Shown here one piece after another: positions 25,011-38,954 of a stretch of DNA of 64,000 nucleotides. A program made the position numbers and the translations under genes. Within the stretch, counting starts at the first letter, position 1; every line of letters starts with the position of its first letter. The stretch is from Macrostomum lignano. Its lineage: Eukaryota. The stretch is from contig NIVC01000197.1 of the NCBI GenBank assembly GCA_002269645.1, positions 434,001-498,000 on the forward strand. Reading direction: 5' to 3'. Below the pieces are notes generated by a model that saw only the letters and a list, made by a program, of their open reading frames with translations, did not search any database and was not told the DNA's origin.

Positions 25011-25507
25011 TACAGCTTGAGCCAACCCTAACTACTCATGCGTACATGCTGTACTTTCCTTACTGTACTTTGCTTACTTTAAGGCTCCAATTTTTCGGCA
25101 TTGATGCCAGCCCCCTTCCCCCCTACCAGACTTTCCAGACAAAATAATCGGCCCCCAACTTTCGCTGCCTCCCAGCCTACATGCATTTACCGGGCAAAGA
25201 TAATTCCCATATACTTCTATACATGAGCATTTGGGATATTTTCTTGTGCGAATTAGCGGCCGACCCGAGATTCGCTCAGACTTGCAGAGCAGAAGAAGAA
25301 GAAGCAAGGAGTAACGAAGCGGCCTGTGGATTGGGAAGCTGGCTGGTGGGCGGGACGAAAAATGAAATTACAATTGCTTCATTGCTCCCAGTTGCTGAGC
25401 CAGCGCTGGATCGCGGCGCTCGGAGACGGCAGCAGTAGGTGGCGGGGAATGAATGAAAAATTCTGTTATTTGGCCAGCCGTGAGCCAATCAGCTGGCAGC
25501 GGAATGC

Positions 25508-25945
25508 ATGACTATAAATTCCCATGAGCCCATGGATAGTAACCAGGCGAGGGGGTCATCCGTAGCAGTCATGGACAAGCAGTCTTTGTTAATGTTACAA
25601 GGCGCCGCCAATCAGTCTTTGTCGGCGACTACGGCCGGCGAGGACTCGTTTCACATGTTTAAAAAGTACTTCATGTCCTGGTTCATGCCCATGCTGCTAG
25701 GCATCGGGTTCTGCGGCACGTCAATCAATTTGTACATCATAGTCATGTGCCGGGTGTTCCAGAAGACAACTTCTATTCTGTTCGCCGCACTGGCCATTGC
25801 CGACATCGTTAACCTGGTGTTTGCCGCCACCTACCTGTACGTGTCCGTCTATTGGGATTATGATCCCATGCGCTACTCGGCGGCCGGCTGCTATCTGGTG
25901 CCCTATCTGGAGGCTATTGGCTACTGGCTGTCGCCATGGATACAG
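25508..25945 (+). CDS. Class A (rhodopsin-like) peptide-type GPCR, exon 1 (N-terminus, TM1-TM3)
   Basis: TM1 LLGIGFCGTSINLYII, TM2 LFAALAIADIVNL, TM3 Cys (AAGCYLVPYL); N-glycosylation sequon NQS; donor WIQ|gtgcca, phase 0. Confidence 0.9.
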
Positions 25946-26054
25946 GTGCCACTTTGCAGTTTCTCTGTACGATTCATTTTAGTAATGTAGAGAGTCCTCA
26001 TCCATTCAAATCTGTGATTGGCTTAAACTCTATGACACAAAATTTCTATAACTA

Positions 26055-27660
26055 ACCGTCTATGATTCAAACTGTCTATGATCAAACTGTCTATGATCAA
26101 CTGTCTATGATCAAACTGTCTGTGATCAAACTGTCTATGATCAAACTGTCTATGATCAAACTGTCTATGATCAAACTGTCTATGATCAACTGTCTATGAC
26201 TCAACCTGTCTATGATCAAACTGTCTATGATCAAACTGTCTATGATCAAACTGTCTATGATCAACTGTCTATGACTCAACCTGTCTGTGATCAAACTGTC
26301 TATGATCAAACTGTCTATGATCAAACTGTCTATGATCAACTGTCTATGACTCAACCTGTCTGTGATCAAACTGTCTATGATCAAACTGTCTATGATCAAA
26401 CTGTCTATGATCAACTGTCTGTGATCAAACTGTCTATGATCAACTGTCTATGATCAAACTGTCTATGATCAAACTGTCTATGATCAACTGTCTATGACTC
26501 AACCTGTCTGTGATCAAAGTGTCTGTGATCACACTGTCTATGATCAAACTGTCTATGATCAAACTGTCTATGATCAACTGTCTATGACTCAACCTGTCTG
26601 TGATCAAACTGTCTATGATCAAACTGTCTATGATCAACTGTCTATGATCAACTGTCTATGACTCAAACTGTCTGTTATCAAACTGTCTATGATCAAACTG
26701 TCTATGACTCAAACTGTCTGTTATCAAACTGTCTATGATCAAACTGTCTGTTATCAAACTGTCTATGATCAAACTGTCTATGATCAAACTGTCTATGATC
26801 AAACTGTCTATGATCAAACTGTCTATGATCAAACTGTCTGTGATCAAACTGTCTGTGATCAAAGTGTCTATGAACAAACTGTCTATGATCAACCTTTCAT
26901 AGACTCAAACTGTCTATGATCAAACTGTCTATGATCAAACTATGACTCAAACTGTCTATGATCAAACTATGAATCAAACTGTCTATGATCAAACTGTCTA
27001 TGATCAAACTATGACTCAAACTGTCTATGATCAAACTATGACTCAAACTGTCTATGATCAAACTGTCTATGATCAAACTATGACTCAAACTGTCTATGAT
27101 CAAACTATGACTCAAACTGTCTATGATCAAACTGTCTATGATCAAACTATGACTCAAACTGTCTATGATCAACCTATGACTCATACTGTCTATGATCAAA
27201 CTATGACTCAAACTGTCTTTGATCAAACTGTCTATGATCAAACTATGACTCTAACTGTCTTTGATCAAACTATTACTCAAACTGTCTTTGATCAAACTAT
27301 TACTCAAACTGTCTATGACAGGGACTACTCAAACACCGGGACGGGAAACTAGGAATTTTTTACGAGGCTGGTCTTTTATCAGCAGTAGAAAATAACCATA
27401 GACAACAAAGTAACACAGCATCTCTCTAATGCAAATAATTGCCAGCCAGCCTCGTAAAAAATTTTAGTTTCCCGTCCCGGTGTTTGAGTAGTCCCTGGTC
27501 TATGATCAACTATGACTCAAAATGTCTATGATAGACTCAAAGACTCAAACTGACACCAGACTGACACAGACACTGACAGACTCAAACTTTATCATAGACT
27601 CAAACTGTCTATGACTCAAACTGTCTATGACTCGCGCTGTCTATGATCAAACTGTCTGTA
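26055..27660. repeat. 15-bp satellite (tcaaactgtctatga) in GPCR intron 1
   Basis: Many tandem copies; duplicated at about 31970-33575. Confidence 0.95.
27319..27497. mobile_element. 179-bp hAT MITE inserted in the satellite
   Basis: About 52-bp near-perfect TIR cagggactactcaaacaccgggacgggaaacta...; exact 8-bp TSD gtctatga on both sides. Second copy at 33235-33412 inside the duplicated block. Confidence 0.92.
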
Positions 27661-28184
27661 GCTTAACTTCTGTCTCAAACTGTTTATGACTCAATCAGTT
27701 TATGACCCAACCTGTCTATTGACTAAAACTGTTTATTGACTTAAACTTTTTATGACGCAAACTATCTATGGCTCAAGGTTTTTGGTAAAATGTTTCAGAA
27801 TATTAAAATATTTAGAACTGGCTGGCAATGAGCCAACCAGGAAAATTCGAGAAGTACAACTCAGACTCAGTGGCATGCGTGCTAGGCTGTTGAGCAACTG
27901 CAAACATCTGATTTCCGGTGAAACATTTTGAAAATTGGTTCCCACTGAGGGAATCGGTGAACTGGGGCGATATTATACGAAGCGAGAGCAGTCACGATTC
28001 TGGAGTAGTGGGATTTCAAGTTCGGGCTCTTCCCTCCCTTGTCATCCTCTCTGGTCCATCCGCTCCGTTAACAGCTTAGATGCGTCCTGAAAAGCACTTT
28101 TGCGATAAAATAGCTTTTGGGTGGAACAGATTGATCATGCATGCGCCCAGTGAGTGTGCATCCATCTGCCTATGTGTCATTGTC

Positions 28185-30120
28185 TGCCACACTGTCTGTG
28201 TTACTGTCTGTCATGCTGTCTGTCATGCTGTCTGTCATGCTGCCTGTGTTATTGTCTGTCATACTGTCTGTCATAATGTCTGTCATACTGTCTGTGTTAT
28301 TGTCTGTCATGCTGTCTGTCATGCTGTCTGTCATGCTGTCTGTCATACTGCCTGTGATACTGTCTGTCATACTGCCTGTCATACTGTCTGTCATACTGTC
28401 TGTCATGCTGTCTGTGTTATTGTCTGTCATACTGTCTGTCATGCTGTCTGTCATAATGTCTGTCATACTGTCTGTGTTTTGTCTGTCATGCTGTCTGTCA
28501 TGCTGTCTGTCATGCTGTCTGTCATACTGCCTGTGATACTGTCTGTCATACTGCCTGTCATACTGTCTGTCATACTGTCTGTCATGCTGTCTGTGTTATT
28601 GTCTGTCATACTGTCTGTCATGCTGTCTGTCATGCTGCCTGTGTTATTGTCTGTCATACTGTCTGTCATAATGTCTGTCATACTGTCTGTCATACTGTCT
28701 GTCATGCTGTCTGTGTTATTGTCTGTCATACTGTCTGTCATACTGTCTGTCATGCTGTCTGTGTTATTGTCTGTCATACTGTCTGTCATGCTGTCTGTCA
28801 TACTGTCTGTGTTATTGTCTGTCATACTGTCTGTCATACTGTCTGTCATACTGTCTGTCATACTGTCTGTCATGCTGTCTGTCATACTGTCTGCCATACT
28901 GCCTGTCATACTGCCTGTGATACTGTCTGTCATACTGCCTGTCATACTGCCTGTCATACTGTCTGTCATACTTTCTGTCATACTATCTGTCATACTGTCT
29001 GTCATACTGTCTGTCATACTGTCTGTCATACTATCTGTCATACTGTCTGTCATACTCGTACTGTCTATCATACTGTCTGTCGTACTGTCCTTCATGCTGT
29101 CTGTCATACTGTCTGCCATACTGCCTGTCATACTGCCTGTGATACTGTCTGTCATACTGCCTGTCATACTGTCTGTCATACTCGTACTGTCTGTCATACT
29201 GTCTGTCATACTGTCTGTCATGCTATCTGTCATACTGCCTGTCATACTGCCTGTGATACTGCCTGTGATACTGTCTGTCATACTGTCTGTCCTACTGTCT
29301 GTCATACTGTCTGTCATACTGTCTGCCATACTGCCTGCCATACTGTCTGTCATACTGTCTGTCATACTGTCTGTCATACTGTCTGTCATACTATCTGTCA
29401 TACTGTCTGTCATACTCGTACTGTCTGTCATACTGTCTGTCATACTGCCTGTGATACTGTCTGTCATACTGCCTGTCATACTGTCTGTCATACTCGTACT
29501 ATCTGTCATACTGTCTGTCATACTGTCTGTCATGCTGTCTGTCATACTGTCTGCCATACTGCCTGTCATACTGCCTGTGATACTGTCTGTCATACTGCCT
29601 GTCATACTTTCTGTCATACTATCTGTCATACTGTCTGTCATACTGTCTGTCATACTGTCTGTCATACTATCTGTCATACTGTCTGTCATACTCGTACTGT
29701 CTGTCATACTGTCTGTCATACTGTCTGTCATGCTGTCTGTCATACTGTCTGCCATACTGCCTGTCATACTGCCTGTGATACTGTCTGTCATACTGCCTGT
29801 CATACTGTCTGTCATACTCGTACTGTCTGTCATACTGTCTGTCATACTGTCTGTCATGCTGTCTGTCATACTGCCTGTCATACTGCCTGTGATACTGCCT
29901 GTGATACTGTCTGTCATACTGTCTGTCCTACTGTCTGTCATACTGTCTGTCATACTGTCTGCCATACTGCCTGCCATACTGTCTGTCATACTGCCTGCCA
30001 TACTGTCTGTCATACTGTCTGCCATACTGCCTGCCATACTGTCTGTCATACTGTCTGTCATACTGTCTGTCATACTGTCTGTCATGCTGTCTGTCCTACT
30101 GTCTTTCATGCTTTCTGTCA
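28185..30120. repeat. 12-bp satellite (tgtctgtcatac)
   Basis: About 160 units with higher-order structure; duplicated at about 34100-36035. Confidence 0.97.
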
Positions 30121-30594
30121 GTCATACCGTCCGTCCTAGTGTTTACGGGCAGTCGCATCAGCTGATTCGTTATAATTTTTCTAGCTGTTTTCTTTCTCCA
30201 AGTCTCACCTGGCGGAGCCCCGAGTCGTGTCCGCGGTGTCTCCCAGGCTCGCCAGCTAATTAGCCAGCGGAAAATGAGCTGTCACGAACCCGGATGTCAT
30301 AATGGGCTGCACAGTGGCTGCCGCTTTGCATTTCTGTGTTAACAGGAAGCTGATTGCGCCTCTTGCCTGTGCGCTTCTTTTGTCAGAGAGCGATTCGGGC
30401 TCTGCAGTCACTGAGCACTTTTGCTGTAGATTTGTGTAGACTGCAGGTTTAGAAATTTTTGTTTTAAAGATAGGCGCTTCAGAGTCCTCACTGCTAGTGT
30501 AAGACAGGTTTTGGCCTTTATAGCCGGTGAGGCGCGTGCTATCTATGCAGGTACCTGTTAAACCTCGAATTAAAGGCCGTATTCAAGATTGTAG

Positions 30595-30740
30595 TATCTA
30601 AGGCTGGTATCTAAGGCTGGTATCTAAAGCTGTATCCAAGGGCTGGTATTCAAATCGGTATCCAAGGCTGGTATCTAAAGCTGTATCTAAGGGCTGGTAT
30701 CCAAGGCTGGTATCTAAAGCTGTATCCAAGGGCTGGTGCC
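30595..30740. repeat. Short ggctggtatctaa repeat array
   Basis: Degenerate 12-13-bp tandem units; duplicated at about 36520-36665. Confidence 0.8.
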
Positions 30741-31473
30741 AAGTCTGGCATCTATGGGTTGTATATCTATATTTATCTATATACCTAAGGGCGCATTTCT
30801 ATATATACTTTTTCCTGTAGCCACGATAGGAAATGTAAATGATGATTAAGCATTTTTTAAGTAAAGAAACACTACTAGAAATCTTCTTAAATATTCATAA
30901 CTATTTAATCTTGCATGCAGTATTTCCCAGGCAAATCGCACTTGACCTGCCGAATGACTACAGACTGATATTGGAATTTAATCTCCTATACTTTAAAGAC
31001 AAAGCCGGTCCCGCTGGCAAAGAATTCATGCAAAAGATGGGTCAGTCAGAAGCCGGTCATGGGATTACTGAGATAATCTTGCCAAGAGATAAGTCCTGCT
31101 CCGCGCTGCAAACATAACATTTGATAGCACAAGGGCAGGGGGCATCTGCTGCTTGGATCAACAGATTCTGTAAAAAAACATGCGCGGCTGAAGGTTGCAA
31201 GTGCATGTCGCGTGACCCTTGTGTTAAACATGCGGAACTTATGTCGATGCTTGCAGTTCTGCTCAGATTCGGTTCTGTTCAGCATAGTGTCGATTGTGTC
31301 AGGCTCAGTCAGATCTGTTTACATTGTGTCAGGCTCAGTCAGATCTGTTTACATTGTGTCAGCTCAGTCAGATCTGTTTACATTGTGTCAGGCTCAGTCA
31401 GATCTGTTTACATTGTGTCAGGCTCAGTCAGATCTGTTTACATTGTGTCAGGCTCAGTCAAGGTCTGTTTACA

Positions 31474-31836
31474 NNNNNNNNNNNNNNNNNNNNNNNNNNN
31501 NNNNNNNNNNNNNNNNNNNNNNNNNNNNNNNNNNNNNNNNNNNNNNNNNNNNNNNNNNNNNNNNNNNNNNNNNNNNNNNNNNNNNNNNNNNNNNNNNNNN
31601 NNNNNNNNNNNNNNNNNNNNNNNNNNNNNNNNNNNNNNNNNNNNNNNNNNNNNNNNNNNNNNNNNNNNNNNNNNNNNNNNNNNNNNNNNNNNNNNNNNNN
31701 NNNNNNNNNNNNNNNNNNNNNNNNNNNNNNNNNNNNNNNNNNNNNNNNNNNNNNNNNNNNNNNNNNNNNNNNNNNNNNNNNNNNNNNNNNNNNNNNNNNN
31801 NNNNNNNNNNNNNNNNNNNNNNNNNNNNNNNNNNNN
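31474..31836. other. Assembly gap (363 N)
   Basis: Run of N. Confidence 1.
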
Positions 31837-34800
31837 GCTACTGGCTGTCGCCATGGATACAGGTGCCACTTTGCAGTTTCTCTGTACGATTCATTTTAGT
31901 AATGTAGAGAGTCCTCATCCATTCAAATCTGTGATTGGCTTAAACTCTATGAACAAAATTTCTATAACTAACCGTCTATGATTCAAACTGTCTATGATCA
32001 AACTGTCTATGATCAACTGTCTATGATCAAACTGTCTGTGATCAAACTGTCTATGATCAAACTGTCTATGATCAAACTGTCTATGATCAAACTGTCTATG
32101 ATCAACTGTCTATGACTCAACCTGTCTATGATCAAACTGTCTATGATCAAACTGTCTATGATCAAACTGTCTATGATCAACTGTCTATGACTCAACCTGT
32201 CTGTGATCAAACTGTCTATGATCAAACTGTCTATGATCAAACTGTCTATGATCAACTGTCTATGACTCAACCTGTCTGTGATCAAACTGTCTATGATCAA
32301 ACTGTCTATGATCAAACTGTCTATGATCAACTGTCTGTGATCAAACTGTCTATGATCAACTGTCTATGATCAAACTGTCTATGATCAAACTGTCTATGAT
32401 CAACTGTCTATGACTCAACCTGTCTGTGATCAAAGTGTCTGTGATCACACTGTCTATGATCAAACTGTCTATGATCAAACTGTCTATGATCAACTGTCTA
32501 TGACTCAACCTGTCTGTGATCAAACTGTCTATGATCAAACTGTCTATGATCAACTGTCTATGATCAACTGTCTATGACTCAAACTGTCTGTTATCAAACT
32601 GTCTATGATCAAACTGTCTATGACTCAAACTGTCTGTTATCAAACTGTCTATGATCAAACTGTCTGTTATCAAACTGTCTATGATCAAACTGTCTATGAT
32701 CAAACTGTCTATGATCAAACTGTCTATGATCAAACTGTCTATGATCAAACTGTCTGTGATCAAACTGTCTGTGATCAAAGTGTCTATGAACAAACTGTCT
32801 ATGATCAACCTTTCATAGACTCAAACTGTCTATGATCAAACTGTCTATGATCAAACTATGACTCAAACTGTCTATGATCAAACTATGAATCAAACTGTCT
32901 ATGATCAAACTGTCTATGATCAAACTATGACTCAAACTGTCTATGATCAAACTATGACTCAAACTGTCTATGATCAAACTGTCTATGATCAAACTATGAC
33001 TCAAACTGTCTATGATCAAACTATGACTCAAACTGTCTATGATCAAACTGTCTATGATCAAACTATGACTCAAACTGTCTATGATCAACCTATGACTCAT
33101 ACTGTCTATGATCAAACTATGACTCAAACTGTCTTTGATCAAACTGTCTATGATCAAACTATGACTCTAACTGTCTTTGATCAAACTATTACTCAAACTG
33201 TCTTTGATCAAACTATTACTCAAACTGTCTATGACAGGGACTACTCAAACACCGGGACGGGAAACTAGGAATTTTTTACGAGGCTGGTCTTTTATCAGCA
33301 GTAGAAATAACCATAGACAACAAAGTAACACAGCATCTCTCTAATGCAAATAATTGCCAGCCAGCCTCGTAAAAAATTTTAGTTTCCCGTCCCGGTGTTT
33401 GAGTAGTCCCTGGTCTATGATCAACTATGACTCAAAATGTCTATGATAGACTCAAAGACTCAAACTGACACCAGACTGACACAGACACTGACAGACTCAA
33501 ACTTTATCATAGACTCAAACTGTCTATGACTCAAACTGTCTATGACTCGCGCTGTCTATGATCAAACTGTCTGTAGCTTAACTTCTGTCTCAAACTGTTT
33601 ATGACTCAATCAGTTTATGACCCAACCTGTCTATTGACTAAAACTGTTTATTGACTTAAACTTTTTATGACGCAAACTATCTATGGCTCAAGGTTTTTGG
33701 TAAAATGTTTCAGAATATTAAAATATTTAGAACTGGCTGGCAATGAGCCAACCAGGAAAATTCGAGAAGTACAACTCAGACTCAGTGGCATGCGTGCTAG
33801 GCTGTTGAGCAACTGCAAACATCTGATTTCCGGTGAAACATTTTGAAAATTGGTTCCCACTGAGGAATCGGTGAACTGGGGCGATATTATACGAAGCGAG
33901 AGCAGTCACGATTCTGGAGTAGTGGGATTTCAAGTTCGGGCTCTTCCCTCCCTTGTCATCCTCTCTGGTCCATCCGCTCCGTTAACAGCTTAGATGCGTC
34001 CTGAAAAGCACTTTTGCGATAAAATAGCTTTTGGGTGGAACAGATTGATCATGCATGCGCCCAGTGAGTGTGCATCCATCTGCCTATGTGTCATTGTCTG
34101 CCACACTGTCTGTGTTACTGTCTGTCATGCTGTCTGTCATGCTGTCTGTCATGCTGCCTGTGTTATTGTCTGTCATACTGTCTGTCATAATGTCTGTCAT
34201 ACTGTCTGTGTTATTGTCTGTCATGCTGTCTGTCATGCTGTCTGTCATGCTGTCTGTCATACTGCCTGTGATACTGTCTGTCATACTGCCTGTCATACTG
34301 TCTGTCATACTGTCTGTCATGCTGTCTGTGTTATTGTCTGTCATACTGTCTGTCATGCTGTCTGTCATAATGTCTGTCATACTGTCTGTGTTTTGTCTGT
34401 CATGCTGTCTGTCATGCTGTCTGTCATGCTGTCTGTCATACTGCCTGTGATACTGTCTGTCATACTGCCTGTCATACTGTCTGTCATACTGTCTGTCATG
34501 CTGTCTGTGTTATTGTCTGTCATACTGTCTGTCATGCTGTCTGTCATGCTGCCTGTGTTATTGTCTGTCATACTGTCTGTCATAATGTCTGTCATACTGT
34601 CTGTCATACTGTCTGTCATGCTGTCTGTGTTATTGTCTGTCATACTGTCTGTCATACTGTCTGTCATGCTGTCTGTGTTATTGTCTGTCATACTGTCTGT
34701 CATGCTGTCTGTCATACTGTCTGTGTTATTGTCTGTCATACTGTCTGTCATACTGTCTGTCATACTGTCTGTCATACTGTCTGTCATGCTGTCTGTCATA

Positions 34801-37393
34801 CTGTCTGCCATACTGCCTGTCATACTGCCTGTGATACTGTCTGTCATACTGCCTGTCATACTGCCTGTCATACTGTCTGTCATACTTTCTGTCATACTAT
34901 CTGTCATACTGTCTGTCATACTGTCTGTCATACTGTCTGTCATACTATCTGTCATACTGTCTGTCATACTCGTACTGTCTATCATACTGTCTGTCGTACT
35001 GTCCTTCATGCTGTCTGTCATACTGTCTGCCATACTGCCTGTCATACTGCCTGTGATACTGTCTGTCATACTGCCTGTCATACTGTCTGTCATACTCGTA
35101 CTGTCTGTCATACTGTCTGTCATACTGTCTGTCATGCTATCTGTCATACTGCCTGTCATACTGCCTGTGATACTGCCTGTGATACTGTCTGTCATACTGT
35201 CTGTCCTACTGTCTGTCATACTGTCTGTCATACTGTCTGCCATACTGCCTGCCATACTGTCTGTCATACTGTCTGTCATACTGTCTGTCATACTGTCTGT
35301 CATACTATCTGTCATACTGTCTGTCATACTCGTACTGTCTGTCATACTGTCTGTCATACTGCCTGTGATACTGTCTGTCATACTGCCTGTCATACTGTCT
35401 GTCATACTCGTACTATCTGTCATACTGTCTGTCATACTGTCTGTCATGCTGTCTGTCATACTGTCTGCCATACTGCCTGTCATACTGCCTGTGATACTGT
35501 CTGTCATACTGCCTGTCATACTTTCTGTCATACTATCTGTCATACTGTCTGTCATACTGTCTGTCATACTGTCTGTCATACTATCTGTCATACTGTCTGT
35601 CATACTCGTACTGTCTGTCATACTGTCTGTCATACTGTCTGTCATGCTGTCTGTCATACTGTCTGCCATACTGCCTGTCATACTGCCTGTGATACTGTCT
35701 GTCATACTGCCTGTCATACTGTCTGTCATACTCGTACTGTCTGTCATACTGTCTGTCATACTGTCTGTCATGCTGTCTGTCATACTGCCTGTCATACTGC
35801 CTGTGATACTGCCTGTGATACTGTCTGTCATACTGTCTGTCCTACTGTCTGTCATACTGTCTGTCATACTGTCTGCCATACTGCCTGCCATACTGTCTGT
35901 CATACTGCCTGCCATACTGTCTGTCATACTGTCTGCCATACTGCCTGCCATACTGTCTGTCATACTGTCTGTCATACTGTCTGTCATACTGTCTGTCATG
36001 CTGTCTGTCCTACTGTCTTTCATGCTTTCTGTCAGTCATACCGTCCGTCCTAGTGTTTACGGGCAGTCGCATCAGCTGATTCGTTATAATTTTTCTAGCT
36101 GTTTTCTTTCTCCAAGTCTCACCTGGCGGAGCCCCCGAGTCGTGTCCGCGGTGTCTCCCAGGCTCGCCAGCTAATTAGCCAGCGGAAAAATGAGCTGTCA
36201 CGAACCCCGGATGTGTCAATGGGCTGCACAGTGGCTGCCGCTTTGCATTTCTGTGTTAACAGGAAGCTGATTGCGCCTCTTGCCTGTGCGCTTCTTTGTT
36301 GTCAGAGAGCGATTCGGGCTCTGGCAGTCACTGAGCACTTTTGCTGTAGATTTGTGTAGACTGCAGGTTTAGAAATTTTTGTTTTAAAGATAGGCGCTTC
36401 AGAGTCCTCACTGCTAGTGTAAGACAGGTTTTGGCCTTTATAGCCGGTGAGGCGCGTGCTATCTATGCAGGTACCCTGTTAAACCTCGAATTAAAGGGCC
36501 GTATTCAAGATTGTAGTATCTAAGGCTGGTATCTAAGGCTGGTATCTAAAGCTGTATCCAAGGGCTGGTATTCAAATCGGTATCCAAGGCTGGTATCTAA
36601 AGCTGTATCTAAGGGCTGGTATCCAAGGCTGGTATCTAAAGCTGTATCCAAGGGCTGGTAGCCAAGTCTGGCATCTATGGGTTGTATATCTATATTTATC
36701 TATATACCTAAGGGCGCATTTCTATATATACTTTTTCCTGTAGCCACGATAGGAAATGTAAATGATGATTAAGCATTTTTAAGTAAAGAAACACTAGAAA
36801 TCTTCTTAAATATTCATAACTATTTAATCTTGCATGCAGTATTTCCCAGGCAAATCGCACTTGACCTGCCCGAATGACTAACAGACTGATATTGGAATTT
36901 AATCTCCTATACTTTAAAGACAAGCCGGGTCCCGCTGGCAAAGAATTCATGCAAAAGATGGGTCAGTCAGAAGCCGGTCATGGGATTACTGAGATAATCT
37001 TGCCAAGAGATAAGTCCTGCTCCGCGGCTGCAAACATAACATTTGATAGCACAAGGGCAGGGGGGCATCTGCTGCTTGGATCAAACAGATTCTGTAAAAA
37101 AACATGCGCGGCTGAAGGTTGCAAGTGCATGTCGCGTGACCCTTGTGTTAAACATGCGGAACTTATGTTGCTTGCAGTTCTGCTCAGATTCGGTTCTGTT
37201 CAGATAGTGTCGGATTGTGTCAGGCTCAGTCAGATCTGTTTACATTGTGTCAGGCTCAGTCAGATCTGTTTACATTGTGTCAGGCTCAGTCAGATCTGTT
37301 TACATTGTGTCAGGCTCAGTCAGATCTGTTTACATTGTGTCAGGCTCAGTCAGATCTGTTTACATTGTGTCAGGCTCAGTCAGGTCTGTTTAC
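31837..37393 (+). repeat. Near-identical second copy of 25920-31473 (probable unmerged contig overlap)
   Basis: Starts right after the gap with gctactggctgtcgccatggatacag; offset about 5915-5917 bp. Satellite variant patterns are identical, and differences are mostly 1-2 bp indels. Confidence 0.95.
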
Positions 37394-38300
37394 ATTGTGT
37401 CAGGCTCAGTCAGATCTGTTTACATTGTGTCAGGCTCAGTCAGATCTGTTTACATTGTGTCAGGCTCAGTCAGATCTGTTTACATTGTGTCAGGCTCAGT
37501 CAGATCTGTTTACATTGTGTCAGGCTCAGTCAGATCTGTTTACATTGTGTCAGGCTCAGTCAGGTCTGTTTACATTGTGTCAGGCTCAGTCAGGTCTGTT
37601 TACATTGTGTCAGGCTCAGTCAGGTCTGTTTACATTGTGTCAGGCTCAGTCAGATCTGTTTACATTGTGTCAGGCTCAGTCAGATCTGTTTACATTGTGT
37701 CAGGCTCAGTCAGATCTGTTTACATTGTGTCATGCTCAGTCAGATCTGTTTACATTGTGTCAGGCTCAGTCAGGTCTGTTTACATTGTGTCAGGCTCAGT
37801 CAGATCTGTTTACATTGTGTCATGCTCAGTCAGATCTGTTTACATTGTGTCAGGCTCAGTCAGGTCTGTTTACATTGTGTCAGGCTCAGTCAGGTCTGTT
37901 TACATTGTGTCAGGCTCAGTCAGGTCTGTTTACATTGTGTCAGATCCAGTCAGATCTGTTTACATTGTGTCAGGCTCAGTCAGGTCTGTTTACATTGTGT
38001 CAGGCTCAGTCAGGTCTGTTTACATTGTGTCAGATCCAGTCAGATCTGTTTAGATTGTGTCAGATCCAGTCAGATCTGTTTAGATTGTGTCAGATCCAGC
38101 CAGAGCTGTGTCAGGTCCAGTCAGAGCTGTGTCAGGCCCAGTCAGAGCTGTGTCAGGCCCAGTCAGAGCTGTGTCAGGTCCAGTCAGAGCTGTGTCAGGT
38201 CCAGTCAGAGCTGTGTCAGGTCCAGTCAGAGCTGTGTCAGGCCCAGTCAGAGCTGTGTCAGGCCCAGCCAGAGCTGTGTCAGGTCCAGTCAGAGCTGTGT
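37212..38300. repeat. 30-bp minisatellite grading into a 21-bp derivative
   Basis: attgtgtcaggctcagtcagatctgtttac (37212-38095), then gtcagagctgtgtcaggtcca (38100-38300). Confidence 0.95.
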
Positions 38301-38954
38301 CAGGCGTATCCTGCTGAACATTATACTCAAACCAAGCAAAGAGTCGCTGAGCACAGCATAAACGCAGCAAATTTGGCAACTTTGAGCCTAGCAAATCCGC
38401 CTCATCATGCTCATGAAGTCTTCCAGCAGAGAGCTGAGCGCTGTCCGTTGTAGGCAAGGTGGTTCCCCATTGCAGGGAGCTTCCGACTCGCATAGCTAAT
38501 TGGGTTAGACTGTGAGCCGTTGCTCGGCTCTCATTCAGTTCCGCTTCGGTCATCCGTGTGCCTGGGGGGGGATTTGCATTCGAATAGCTGCAGCTCGGGC
38601 CCTGAGCGAGGCGGAAGAATGCACTGATATTACTCAGGGAGTACAGTAGCTCAATAGAGAGCTCAGATCTACCTGTCAATATTTAGTTTTTTTTCCTAGC
38701 CTAGCTATGCGCCTCGTGTCTTTGTGAACGAGTGAGCCTTTGCTTTATCCGGGAGGTAGAGAAGGCTGAATTATTTTCTAGGCCAGCACTGCCCACACAT
38801 GGCGGCTCTCGAATGTAATTAGTGCCGAAAATATGCAGGGAAGCCTTGCCCATCAATCAACTTGTGTATTGATCAAAGTCTACCAGCTCCCCTAGCACTC
38901 CACTGCTTGTGTCAAACTGAAGCTCAGCAGGCTTCAACTTTCATTGTCTGCTCG

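Noticed and set aside
28080-30263. 727-aa and 548-aa ORFs (and copies at 33994-36174)
   Set aside because: Translations of a 12-bp satellite that is open in several frames on both strands, inside a GPCR intron.
31837-31862. Second GPCR exon-1 fragment or paralog
   Set aside because: Only the last 26 nt of the exon, at the edge of an N gap in a probable false duplication.
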